This document shows positions 9,746-16,801 of a stretch of DNA of 37,769 bases, one piece after another. Made by a program: the position numbers and the translations under genes. The stretch lies in the IMG/VR virus record IMGVR_UViG_3300045988_180316; one strand, 5' to 3'. Origin of the DNA: a virus. Lineage: Duplodnaviria; Heunggongvirae; Uroviricota; Caudoviricetes. Positions within the stretch are counted from its first letter, which is position 1. Each line of letters starts with the position of its first letter. The notes under the pieces are model-generated. The model had not been told where the DNA came from. It saw nothing but the letters and a program-made list of their open reading frames with translations, and did not search any database.

Positions 9746-10171
9746 TTATGCGATGTCTTTGTATTCGTCGATGGCATTGAAGCAAGGACACATCTTCTTC
9801 CATTTGGACTTGTCCTTGCCCCAGATGTCACGATGGCCCATTATCTGGGCATCAGGGAACTGAGCCTTCAGTTTGTGGAGAAGCAAAACGAGGGCGTCTT
9901 TTTGCTCTGGTGTGCGGTTGTCGATAGCCTTGCCCTTAGCATCGATGCCACCGATATAGGCGACGTTGATGGCTGTGGAGTTGTAGCCCTGCACGCCGTT
10001 GCTCACCTTTTCGATGGCTAGGAGTTGGTGGATGCCGCCGTTTGGGGCGATGACGTAGTGATAACCTGGATTGGTCCAGCCCTTGCGGCGGAACTCTGCC
10101 TTGAGGTCGTCGATGGACTGACTTTGTGAACCTGCGGTGCAGTGGACGAAAATGCGTTTAATCTGTCTCAT
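9746..10171 (-). CDS. Endolysin: N-acetylmuramoyl-L-alanine amidase, T7-lysozyme / PGRP type
   Basis: IFVHCTAG, GYHYVI and GHRDI...CPCF correspond to the zinc-binding His/His/Cys motifs of T7 lysozyme. Start moved to MRQIKR (10171); the longer ORF-track N-terminus is Ser/Pro-rich and overlaps the holin gene. Confidence 0.8.
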   Translation of the reverse strand: MRQIKRIFVHCTAGSQSQSIDDLKAEFRRKGWTNPGYHYVIAPNGGIHQLLAIEKVSNGVQGYNSTAINVAYIGGIDAKGKAIDNRTPEQKDALVLLLHKLKAQFPDAQIMGHRDIWGKDKSKWKKMCPCFNAIDEYKDIA

Positions 10172-10412
10172 TATTTTGCTTGTTATGATTGAACAATTTG
10201 TTTTTGATGTTGTCGAACTTGGCATCGATGGCGATGGCGACACCGAAGATGGATCCGGCATACATGAGCGACTGGGCGAAGTACCAGAGCACATTGTCGG
10301 TGACATCACGTGCCTGGGACGTGAAGTAACTGATGTAAACCAGTATGATGGCGAGGAGGAGCACGGCGATGGCTGAGCCGTATTGTATCCATTCTTTAGT
10401 ATTTCTCTGCAT
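10158..10412 (-). CDS. Holin (putative)
   Basis: ~84 aa with two hydrophobic helices (YGSAIAVLLLAIILVYISYF and LMYAGSIFGVAIAI), overlapping the endolysin start by 14 nt. Start taken at MQRNTKEW (10412); TATCTTTG motif at 10440-10447. Confidence 0.5.
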   Translation of the reverse strand: MQRNTKEWIQYGSAIAVLLLAIILVYISYFTSQARDVTDNVLWYFAQSLMYAGSIFGVAIAIDAKFDNIKNKLFNHNKQNNETD

Positions 10413-10460
10413 GGTGAATCTTGTTTTTGTTTTACAGTGCAAAGATAAGAAGGGTAGGGT

Positions 10461-10498
10461 GATAATAAAAATACGAGACCGCCCTAACGATCTCGTAT
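10461..10498 (-). terminator. Rho-independent terminator (minus strand) after gene 10513-10920
   Basis: 8-bp stem atacgaga (10471-10478) with tctcgtat (10491-10498), followed in minus sense by ATTTTTATTATC. Same ataaaaatacgag module as at 7961. Confidence 0.45.
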
Positions 10499-10512
10499 TA
10501 TATGTTTAACTG

Positions 10513-10920
10513 TTAGACCTCTCTTGCGAGAATCTCCTTGGCTATCTCCTTGGCCTCTTTGCGCCACGACTGATAAGCCTCGAACTCTGCCTCGTGAGTC
10601 TCGTCACCATCGCCACGGTTGGCAAGAATAGCCTCGACCTGATTTTGGCTGTATCGGGTGCGAACCAAACCTGCGGTGAAATCGTCGTAGGTGGCTGCGG
10701 TCGCCTGAATCTTGGTCGAGCCATCAGGCTCTGTGCCCTCATAGCTGTAAGCAGTGACACCCTCGGAGTTTTCATCTTCTGACTGCTCTGAGGTATCGGA
10801 AGAGCCTGTAGCGGCCTCTGGGTGATAGTTTTCAACTTTCTGCTCACCAGTGTAGAGCAGATAATGGTTATCGTCATACTTGACGAAGCTCTTGCGAGCG
10901 AGATAATACTTCTTGTTCAT
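10513..10920 (-). CDS. Acidic hypothetical protein just downstream of the DGR reverse transcriptase
   Basis: 135 aa, Glu/Asp/Ser-rich, 6 nt after the RT stop. It does not look like a basic Avd-type accessory protein. Confidence 0.45.
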   Translation of the reverse strand: MNKKYYLARKSFVKYDDNHYLLYTGEQKVENYHPEAATGSSDTSEQSEDENSEGVTAYSYEGTEPDGSTKIQATAATYDDFTAGLVRTRYSQNQVEAILANRGDGDETHEAEFEAYQSWRKEAKEIAKEILAREV

Positions 10921-10926
10921 AATTGA

Positions 10927-12570
10927 TCACGTGAATTTATAGAACTTCTTTTTGAACTTATTGTGAAGCTCTGCGACCACGGTGGAGAAGGGTAGCTCGT
11001 CACGACAGAAGTCGTTGAGGGCTTGGTCTATCAAGATCTTGGAGCCTGTATAGAGGTAGTGCTCCTGAGGCTGCCATACCTCGGTGCCGTCTGGCTCCAG
11101 GTGGTCGATGATGCGATAGCGAAGGGAGAGGCGCTTCTTGGGTACCTCTTTGGTGACCATGTGGGTGGAGCCGTCCGGGGCGGTCTCCTCTTGCTGGATG
11201 GTCTCCTTCTCTATCACCGAGTCATCGACCTTGTAGTCTATCACTTGGACGAGGAACTTGTTCTCGTCCTGACCCTCACGGCAGATGATGTCCTCGATGG
11301 ACTGCTGCTGTGATTTCTCCATACCGTCAAAAGGCACGCGCGCACGGCGAGCCTTGACGAGTTTACCGAATCTTTCCATACCGATTTTCTTATATAAGTG
11401 TTTTGAGTTTGCGTGGATGCCCAGTCCTAGGCGAGAGGCTGCCTTGATCTGTATCTGACGGTCTGTGAAGCCCGCCTTGCGTAAGTTGGCAATCTGTTTG
11501 CAGAGGTCGTGCTTGAACCGCTTGCGCAGCAGGGCGTGGTCAGCGTAGATGATCTGACCGCAGAAGTCGATGCCATCGCAGGTGCGGTGGATACCCCAAG
11601 ACTTATTGATGGATAGGTGCCAGTCACGGGCGAGGTGCATCACGGCAAGCTCTGCCATCAGCCTGAGGAACACCTTATCCTCGTGGAGGATGTAGATGTT
11701 GTCCATGAAGCGGTAATAATGGCGAAGACCTTGGCGGCAGAAGCGCTCGAACCTATCGTTGAGCGACTTCACCCCCCCACATAGCAGCTGAGCTTGCTGC
11801 TGAGTGCGACAGGTAACGAGCATGTCGCTCACGTAGCGAGCCTGCCAGTAACGGAACTTGTCGGTGTCTTGGAGAATGTCGAAGCATCGGAGTGCCAGGT
11901 AATCGAAGCGGGCGAGGAAGAGCTGACCCAAGAGTTGGGCGAGCTTGACGCCGAGCACGATGCCTGGATTGAAGCTATCGACCACCTCGTCGATGAAGGC
12001 GAGGAGCTTGCGGTCTTTGATCTTGCGGCGATATTCACTTTTGAGAAGAGCGTGGTCTATGCTCTGAAAATAATGGTGAATATCCATGGGCAAGCAGTAG
12101 AAGGTATCTTGCTGTGGCGAGTTGAAGATGTCTCGCTTGACAAGATTATAGAAATAATGGGTGCCCTTGCCCTTGGAACCAGCCGGACTGTGGCTGTAGA
12201 GTGTCTTGCGAAGGTTATCCTCTACAGGTTGCAGGGCAGCGTGCTGGATGACGTGGTCGATAACGGGCAGCTTGTTGACTTGGCGATGTTTTGGATAGTC
12301 GATATCTTTGGCGACATAGGCTGAGGTATGCCAAGTTTGTTGGGTGTAAGCATCGAGCATGCGTCCGATGTTATGGTCTAGGTTTGCCTCGAATTTTTGG
12401 ACCGCACGGCGAGACATCTTTTGTCGGGCGTAGTCATAGAATGCCCGACGAAAGTTGTCTAGTGTCTCGACCTGTGGCGATATGTTGCCAAACCTTTTCA
12501 TAAGCGGTGTAATGTCTGTGTTGAACGGTGTATAAACTGTGTATAGTCTGAATCGTCTGCTTTTGTACAC
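10927..12570 (-). CDS. DGR-type reverse transcriptase with non-canonical catalytic motif
   Basis: RT motifs in the translation: SPAGSKGKGTHY (compare bRT RPDKGTH), FYCLPMDIHHYFQSIDHALL (motif 3), GIVLGVKLAQLLGQLF (motif 4, the DGR-typical G-x-x-x-S/A-Q) and RFMDN-IYILHEDKVF where Y-x-D-D is expected. Start may be 12570 or 12501. Lies downstream of the template repeat. Confidence 0.8.
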   Translation of the reverse strand: MYKSRRFRLYTVYTPFNTDITPLMKRFGNISPQVETLDNFRRAFYDYARQKMSRRAVQKFEANLDHNIGRMLDAYTQQTWHTSAYVAKDIDYPKHRQVNKLPVIDHVIQHAALQPVEDNLRKTLYSHSPAGSKGKGTHYFYNLVKRDIFNSPQQDTFYCLPMDIHHYFQSIDHALLKSEYRRKIKDRKLLAFIDEVVDSFNPGIVLGVKLAQLLGQLFLARFDYLALRCFDILQDTDKFRYWQARYVSDMLVTCRTQQQAQLLCGGVKSLNDRFERFCRQGLRHYYRFMDNIYILHEDKVFLRLMAELAVMHLARDWHLSINKSWGIHRTCDGIDFCGQIIYADHALLRKRFKHDLCKQIANLRKAGFTDRQIQIKAASRLGLGIHANSKHLYKKIGMERFGKLVKARRARVPFDGMEKSQQQSIEDIICREGQDENKFLVQVIDYKVDDSVIEKETIQQEETAPDGSTHMVTKEVPKKRLSLRYRIIDHLEPDGTEVWQPQEHYLYTGSKILIDQALNDFCRDELPFSTVVAELHNKFKKKFYKFT

Positions 12571-12709
12571 TTGATAACCTTCGACCGGATGACCGTGTTG
12601 TCATCATCTACCAGCTGTCTTATTGATGTGTATGTATCGCCATGGGGCGAGGATTGACCCTGTAATCTCGAAGTGGGAGCAAACGACCCACGAAGAGATA
12701 TGTCTGTAA

Positions 12710-12831
12710 GTTGAGGGCGGCGCCGTAGTTCACATTGGCATTCGAGACAGCATTGTTCACGTTGAGCGTCGAAAGACCGCATTGACCACCATTGTTAGCG
12801 TTAGCACCACGAAGGCAGACACGAAAACCGG
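12710..12831 (-). repeat. DGR template repeat (TR)
   Basis: ~122 bp, near-identical to the target-gene 3' end at 13121-13242. In gene sense it is full of AAC/AAT (Asn) codons. By eye there are 15 mismatches to the variable repeat, 14 of them at TR adenines (sense strand). Confidence 0.8.
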
Positions 12832-12863
12832 CACCTAGGGTCACACCCTGATATCATAACCGC

Positions 12864-12871
12864 CGCAAAGG
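12864..12871 (-). promoter_or_regulatory. -7 promoter element TACCTTTG (minus sense) just upstream of the template repeat
   Basis: Plus-strand caaaggta at 12864-12871, about 33 nt upstream of the TR start in minus sense. Could drive the TR-RT transcript. Confidence 0.35.
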
Positions 12872-13023
12872 TAATAAAAATAATCGGTATGGAAGCATGT
12901 CAAAGAGCTTTTTTGATGTTTTTATTGATATTTTTTTTGTCGCCGACCGCCACAGGCGGTAACTTAAGGCGAGCTACGCTCGCTGGGTGCTTCGGCTTCG
13001 CCGAGGGTGCTCAGGTCTCTTTT

Positions 13024-13061
13024 GCACACCCAGTAAACCGATGCACACCCAGCAAACTGAT
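13024..13061. repeat. Tandem 19-bp direct repeat just downstream of the DGR target gene
   Basis: gcacacccagtaaaccgat (13024-13042) then gcacacccagcaaactgat (13043-13061), 2 mismatches. Lies between the variable and template repeats together with palindromes at 12946-12960 and 12969-12983. Confidence 0.5.
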
Positions 13062-13069
13062 GTAGTCTT

Positions 13070-14542
13070 TTAGGCCGCCTCGTAATACACGGGTTCCACT
13101 GACCACTCGGATGCTGCTTCGCAGAGGGCGGCGCCGCAGTACACATAGGCAAGCGAGACAGCATCGCTCACGTCGCGCGTCGAAAGACCGCATTGACCAC
13201 CAACGTAAGCGCTAGCACCACGAAGGCAGACACGAAAACCGGATGTAGCGCCGCTATTATTCCAGAAATAGCTAGTCCAATAGGTTGACTCGGATGCGCC
13301 CGTGGCGGTCGGGAAGTTCTCCAGATGCTCCATCGAGAGCGTCTTGATAAAGCCTTCGCCCTTGGTCGGCGAGGTGCTGTAAGCCACCATGCCATCGGCG
13401 GAACCTATCGTCCACGTGCCGTAGATGGACGGTGCCACGAGATGGGTCACGGAAGTGTCTTCGTTGCATCGCACCTGCTCGTCATCCATGTGTCGCCACA
13501 ACGAGCCGAAGCCATTTTTGTAGCCGAAGAAGGATGGTATCTTGGCGGTATAGACCACGGTGCCATCGTCTTTTTTGACCTCGTAGCTTGCCTCGCCACA
13601 AGCGTCGCCCAGCTCGATGCCGGCAGACATCGGCACGACAGGGCGATAGCCGTTGTAACCACCCCAATCAGGCATCTGTGTCACGCCAGCTCCGAGACCA
13701 CCCTGGTAGAGACCGTTGGCATCTTTTTGGCTGTTGACGGCATCCTGGTCGTAGTGGGTGCCGAAGATGACCCCGAAGAGCACGGCGATGGCAGAGGTGT
13801 GGCGCATGGTGGTGCAGAGCCAGCCTGTGCCGTTTTTGCGGGCAGCGGCACGCCAGTATTCGGTAGTCTGGTTGGTGGCAGCCTTGCCCAGCATGGTGCG
13901 GTTGGTGTTATCTAACGTTGAGTCGTTGTTGCCGCCTCGGTAGTCTGTGCCCTCGTTGATGTAACTCACCAGCTTGCCTGTGCTGCGCTCTAGCGTGGCG
14001 AAGCCAGCGGCGGAGATGCTGCCAACAGGTATCTTGTAGTTGTACTCGCCTGGTATCGGCGTAGGGCTGACCATCTCGTAATGGAGTCTGCCCACGGTCT
14101 TGATGACCATGTACCACTCCTTGCCCCAGCCCCACTGGTAGTGCCCCTCTGAGCCGTCGAGCTTGGCTGTCTCGCCGGTGGCATACTTGTAATGGTCTTT
14201 GGAGTCGAGCTTGCGACGGGAGTGGTCATTCTTGACTAGGTAGCAGCCCAGACCCAGCTCCGCTGGTAGGGTCTGCAGTAACTCCAGCGAGCCCACATAA
14301 GTGGCGGCCTTAGGGGTTGCATTGTCGAGGTTCCACACTCGACCACACCAAGGATGCTGTCCCATCTGGACGGCGCTTTTGAGCGACATCTGCTCAGACC
14401 TGCCAGACTTTTTGTCGAAGACCTCGACAATCTTGTCTGTGGCGCTCATGTCTGACTGTGGGAGGTCGTCAACCTGTTGACCTCCATCGAAAGCGGCTAT
14501 GATAGCCTTGAGCTTACTCTCTTCTTCTGATGTTAATGCCAT
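13070..14542 (-). CDS. DGR target protein, putative receptor-binding / tail fibre protein with C-terminal variable region
   Basis: ~490 aa. The C-terminal ...GFRVCLRGASAYVGGQCGLSTRDVSDAVSLAYVYCGAAL... is the variable counterpart of the template repeat. Start moved to MALTSEEE (14542) to remove overlap with the upstream gene. Last gene of the tail-fibre operon. Confidence 0.8.
   Translation of the reverse strand: MALTSEEESKLKAIIAAFDGGQQVDDLPQSDMSATDKIVEVFDKKSGRSEQMSLKSAVQMGQHPWCGRVWNLDNATPKAATYVGSLELLQTLPAELGLGCYLVKNDHSRRKLDSKDHYKYATGETAKLDGSEGHYQWGWGKEWYMVIKTVGRLHYEMVSPTPIPGEYNYKIPVGSISAAGFATLERSTGKLVSYINEGTDYRGGNNDSTLDNTNRTMLGKAATNQTTEYWRAAARKNGTGWLCTTMRHTSAIAVLFGVIFGTHYDQDAVNSQKDANGLYQGGLGAGVTQMPDWGGYNGYRPVVPMSAGIELGDACGEASYEVKKDDGTVVYTAKIPSFFGYKNGFGSLWRHMDDEQVRCNEDTSVTHLVAPSIYGTWTIGSADGMVAYSTSPTKGEGFIKTLSMEHLENFPTATGASESTYWTSYFWNNSGATSGFRVCLRGASAYVGGQCGLSTRDVSDAVSLAYVYCGAALCEAASEWSVEPVYYEAA
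13121..13242 (-). repeat. DGR variable repeat (VR) inside the target gene
   Basis: Aligns to the template repeat with an offset of 411 bp. 10 of the 12 differing codons are Asn in the TR. A GC-rich CGGCGCCGCCCTC sits at the 3' end of both repeats (IMH-like). Confidence 0.8.
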
Positions 14543-14564
14543 AATAAAAAATGTATTTAATCGA

Positions 14565-15329
14565 TTAAACAATGCGTAATTTATCACCAACTTTTCTAAG
14601 CTTGCTCGATGCCGACAGGCGAAGGCGAGGCTGGCGTACGGTGATGCTGACCTCTTGCCAGAGCGGTGTGTTGGCGGTGGGGATGACCCAGAACTTGGTG
14701 ATGCCCTCGCCCTTGATGGTGAGGTTGCCGCTTGGGTCTGCCACGAGCGAGTCACCCTCGGCTCGCTGGAAGAGCACGCTCTGTGGGAGGTAGCTCGGCA
14801 GGATCTGCACGGCGATGCGCTGAGCCACCTTGTTGCGCAGGCTTATCTCGGGGAGATAGGCCAGGTTCATGCGAGCTGGCGCGATGAAGCCTGTGGCTAT
14901 CTGAGCGGCGAGACCATCCATCTGCGCTATCTTGGCATCGGCTCGCTTGGATGCCGCGTCTGCCTCTGCAGCCTTGGTCTCTGCCAAGGCTGCCTGTGAT
15001 GCTGCCGCCTCGCCCTGCTCGCCAGCCGCCTTGGCTGCGCTCTGGGCGAGGTTAGCCGCCTTGTTGGCATCGTCGGCCGCACCCTGCGCTCTGACGGTCG
15101 GTGTCTTGTCGAGCCACAAGCGCCACTTGGCGTTGGTATCTGAAGGAGTCGTCGTGTTGCCATCCTCTAGGGAGGCGAAGACTCCTGACGATGTGTGAAC
15201 GATGTCGCCCTCGTCGTAGCCCTTGACGGTCTGGCCATCCTCATCTTGATAGGAGTAGCCCGACTGCCAGGTGCCCTGGTCGGTGAAGGCGACATTGCCC
15301 ACGACAATGATGTTTGTGTTATCTGCCAT
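14565..15329 (-). CDS. Hypothetical tail-fibre-operon protein with Ala-rich coiled coil
   Basis: 254 aa; central Ala/Gln/Glu-rich helical segment; tightly spaced in the operon 13070-20281. Confidence 0.45.
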   Translation of the reverse strand: MADNTNIIVVGNVAFTDQGTWQSGYSYQDEDGQTVKGYDEGDIVHTSSGVFASLEDGNTTTPSDTNAKWRLWLDKTPTVRAQGAADDANKAANLAQSAAKAAGEQGEAAASQAALAETKAAEADAASKRADAKIAQMDGLAAQIATGFIAPARMNLAYLPEISLRNKVAQRIAVQILPSYLPQSVLFQRAEGDSLVADPSGNLTIKGEGITKFWVIPTANTPLWQEVSITVRQPRLRLSASSKLRKVGDKLRIV

Positions 15330-15335
15330 AATGAT

Positions 15336-16178
15336 TTATACTTTAATGACTAACTTGTTTCTGCGCTTGACAACGTGCTCAGCGACATGACTGCCGTAGT
15401 CGATCATGAGGAGTTTGTTGCGCCGTTGACGGAACGCCGGATACATGGCACCGCCTCGGGCGATGACTCCTGTATCGACATAGGTGTGCTTGGAGAGATC
15501 CCACTGCCACCAGTTGCCGTTGTCGCCCATCTTGGGTGGATGGTCGTTGAGTTCCTGGGCTAGGTTGGTCTGCTTCTCGCTCTCGGTGAGGGCTGTGAGC
15601 GTATCATCGATGCGCTTGTTCTCGGCGGTGACACGACCCGCCTCGGCGGCTATGCGAGCATTTTCGGCTGTCGCTCGCTTGGTCTCTGAATCCATGCGAG
15701 CTTGCTCTTGGGACTGTCGGGTCTGCTCGGCAGCTTGTCTCTTGGCCTCGTTGCTCTCAATGGCAGCCTTGGAAGAGAGCGTGGCTTCGGTCGCCTGTTT
15801 GGCAGCCTCGGTCTGCGACTTGCTGGCACTGACCGCATCCTCTACCTTTTTGCGTTCGGCGGTGAGGTCAGTTGTCGCCTTGTTGACGCTAGCCGCCGCA
15901 TCGTTGGCTTTGCCAGCTGCGGTGTTGGCCTCCTCTGTCGCCTGTTTCGCCTCCTCGATGCGGATATCCACATCTTTAGTCAAGAGTGACAGCGGTGCGA
16001 TGACTTGCTTTTGCACACCGTCTTTGCTGTAGAGGGCGGGTATCGTACTGATGCCATCGAGCGAGGTGGCGAGCTCGCAAGAGAAGATGTTCTTGCTGTG
16101 CCGCTGTAGATATTCGTTGAACTTAGGTAAGAGCCGGGCGCATAGCGCCTCGAACTCTGTGTCATTCTCTATGCCCAT
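15336..16178 (-). CDS. Hypothetical coiled-coil structural protein
   Basis: 280 aa, long Ala/Glu/Lys/Thr-rich helical region; 3-6 nt gaps to its neighbours. Confidence 0.45.
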   Translation of the reverse strand: MGIENDTEFEALCARLLPKFNEYLQRHSKNIFSCELATSLDGISTIPALYSKDGVQKQVIAPLSLLTKDVDIRIEEAKQATEEANTAAGKANDAAASVNKATTDLTAERKKVEDAVSASKSQTEAAKQATEATLSSKAAIESNEAKRQAAEQTRQSQEQARMDSETKRATAENARIAAEAGRVTAENKRIDDTLTALTESEKQTNLAQELNDHPPKMGDNGNWWQWDLSKHTYVDTGVIARGGAMYPAFRQRRNKLLMIDYGSHVAEHVVKRRNKLVIKV

Positions 16179-16181
16179 AGG

Positions 16182-16478
16182 CTATGATTTTAAGATGTCC
16201 TGTTTCCACTCGGCAATCTTGGCGAAGACAGCCCCTGCCTCTTCATCGCTCAGCACGGCAGTGTTGATGCGACATGAGAGGTTGGCATCCATAAAGCTGA
16301 TGTATCCAGCACCGCTCTCGGAGGCTGGTGCATCATCTTTGGACTCTGTACGTTTATAGACCTCACCGGAAAAAGAGACCTTGTCATCTCGCTTTGTCTT
16401 GGTGAACTTGACGAAAACGCCTGTAACAACCTCAATCTCCTGGATGTCGGTTGTCGTAACTGTTGACTCTACCTTCAT
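16182..16478 (-). CDS. Hypothetical small phage protein
   Basis: 98 aa ORF, 2 nt from the upstream gene; no recognisable motif. Confidence 0.4.
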   Translation of the reverse strand: MKVESTVTTTDIQEIEVVTGVFVKFTKTKRDDKVSFSGEVYKRTESKDDAPASESGAGYISFMDANLSCRINTAVLSDEEAGAVFAKIAEWKQDILKS

Positions 16479-16480
16479 AA

Positions 16481-16783
16481 TTAATCTTGCTCTATTAGTT
16501 TAACAATCTGACAATATACCCCTGGCACCAAGGAAGCCTTGGCGACCTCTTTGATCATGGTTAAGTCTTCGGTCGTACACTCGACCTCACTTGGTTTAGT
16601 GTGCATCTGCACACTCAGGTTGTAGGCTCTCTTAAGAGACTCATCATCAGCCTTGACGCTGTTATTGCTTCCGTTGAACAGATGAAGTCCGAGCACCTCA
16701 TTCATCATCTGAGGCTGTCCGTTGCTGTCTGTCATCACCCCGCCCCTGTAGTTACGGATGACGACCTTAAAATTTCTTTTCAT
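16481..16783 (-). CDS. Hypothetical small phage protein
   Basis: 100 aa ORF in operon; no recognisable motif. Confidence 0.4.
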   Translation of the reverse strand: MKRNFKVVIRNYRGGVMTDSNGQPQMMNEVLGLHLFNGSNNSVKADDESLKRAYNLSVQMHTKPSEVECTTEDLTMIKEVAKASLVPGVYCQIVKLIEQD

Positions 16784-16801
16784 ATCTGTCTAAGTTTAAA
16801 A

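Noticed and set aside
11818-11838. R-Y-V-S-D as the RT catalytic motif
   Set aside because: The downstream R-F-M-D-N block aligns better with the motif 5 context of DGR RTs; Y-V-S-D is treated as a pseudo-motif within an insertion. Either way no intact Y-x-D-D is present.
12620-12844. 74-aa minus-strand ORF (MTLGAGFRVCLRGANANNGGQCGL...)
   Set aside because: It is the in-frame translation of the DGR template repeat, not an independent gene; its Asn richness reflects the adenine-rich template.
12964-13193. Two overlapping small minus-strand ORFs (66 and 60 aa) between VR and TR, considered as a possible Avd accessory gene
   Set aside because: They overlap the target gene 3' end out of frame, have junk-like composition and no basic helical character; more likely non-coding spacer.
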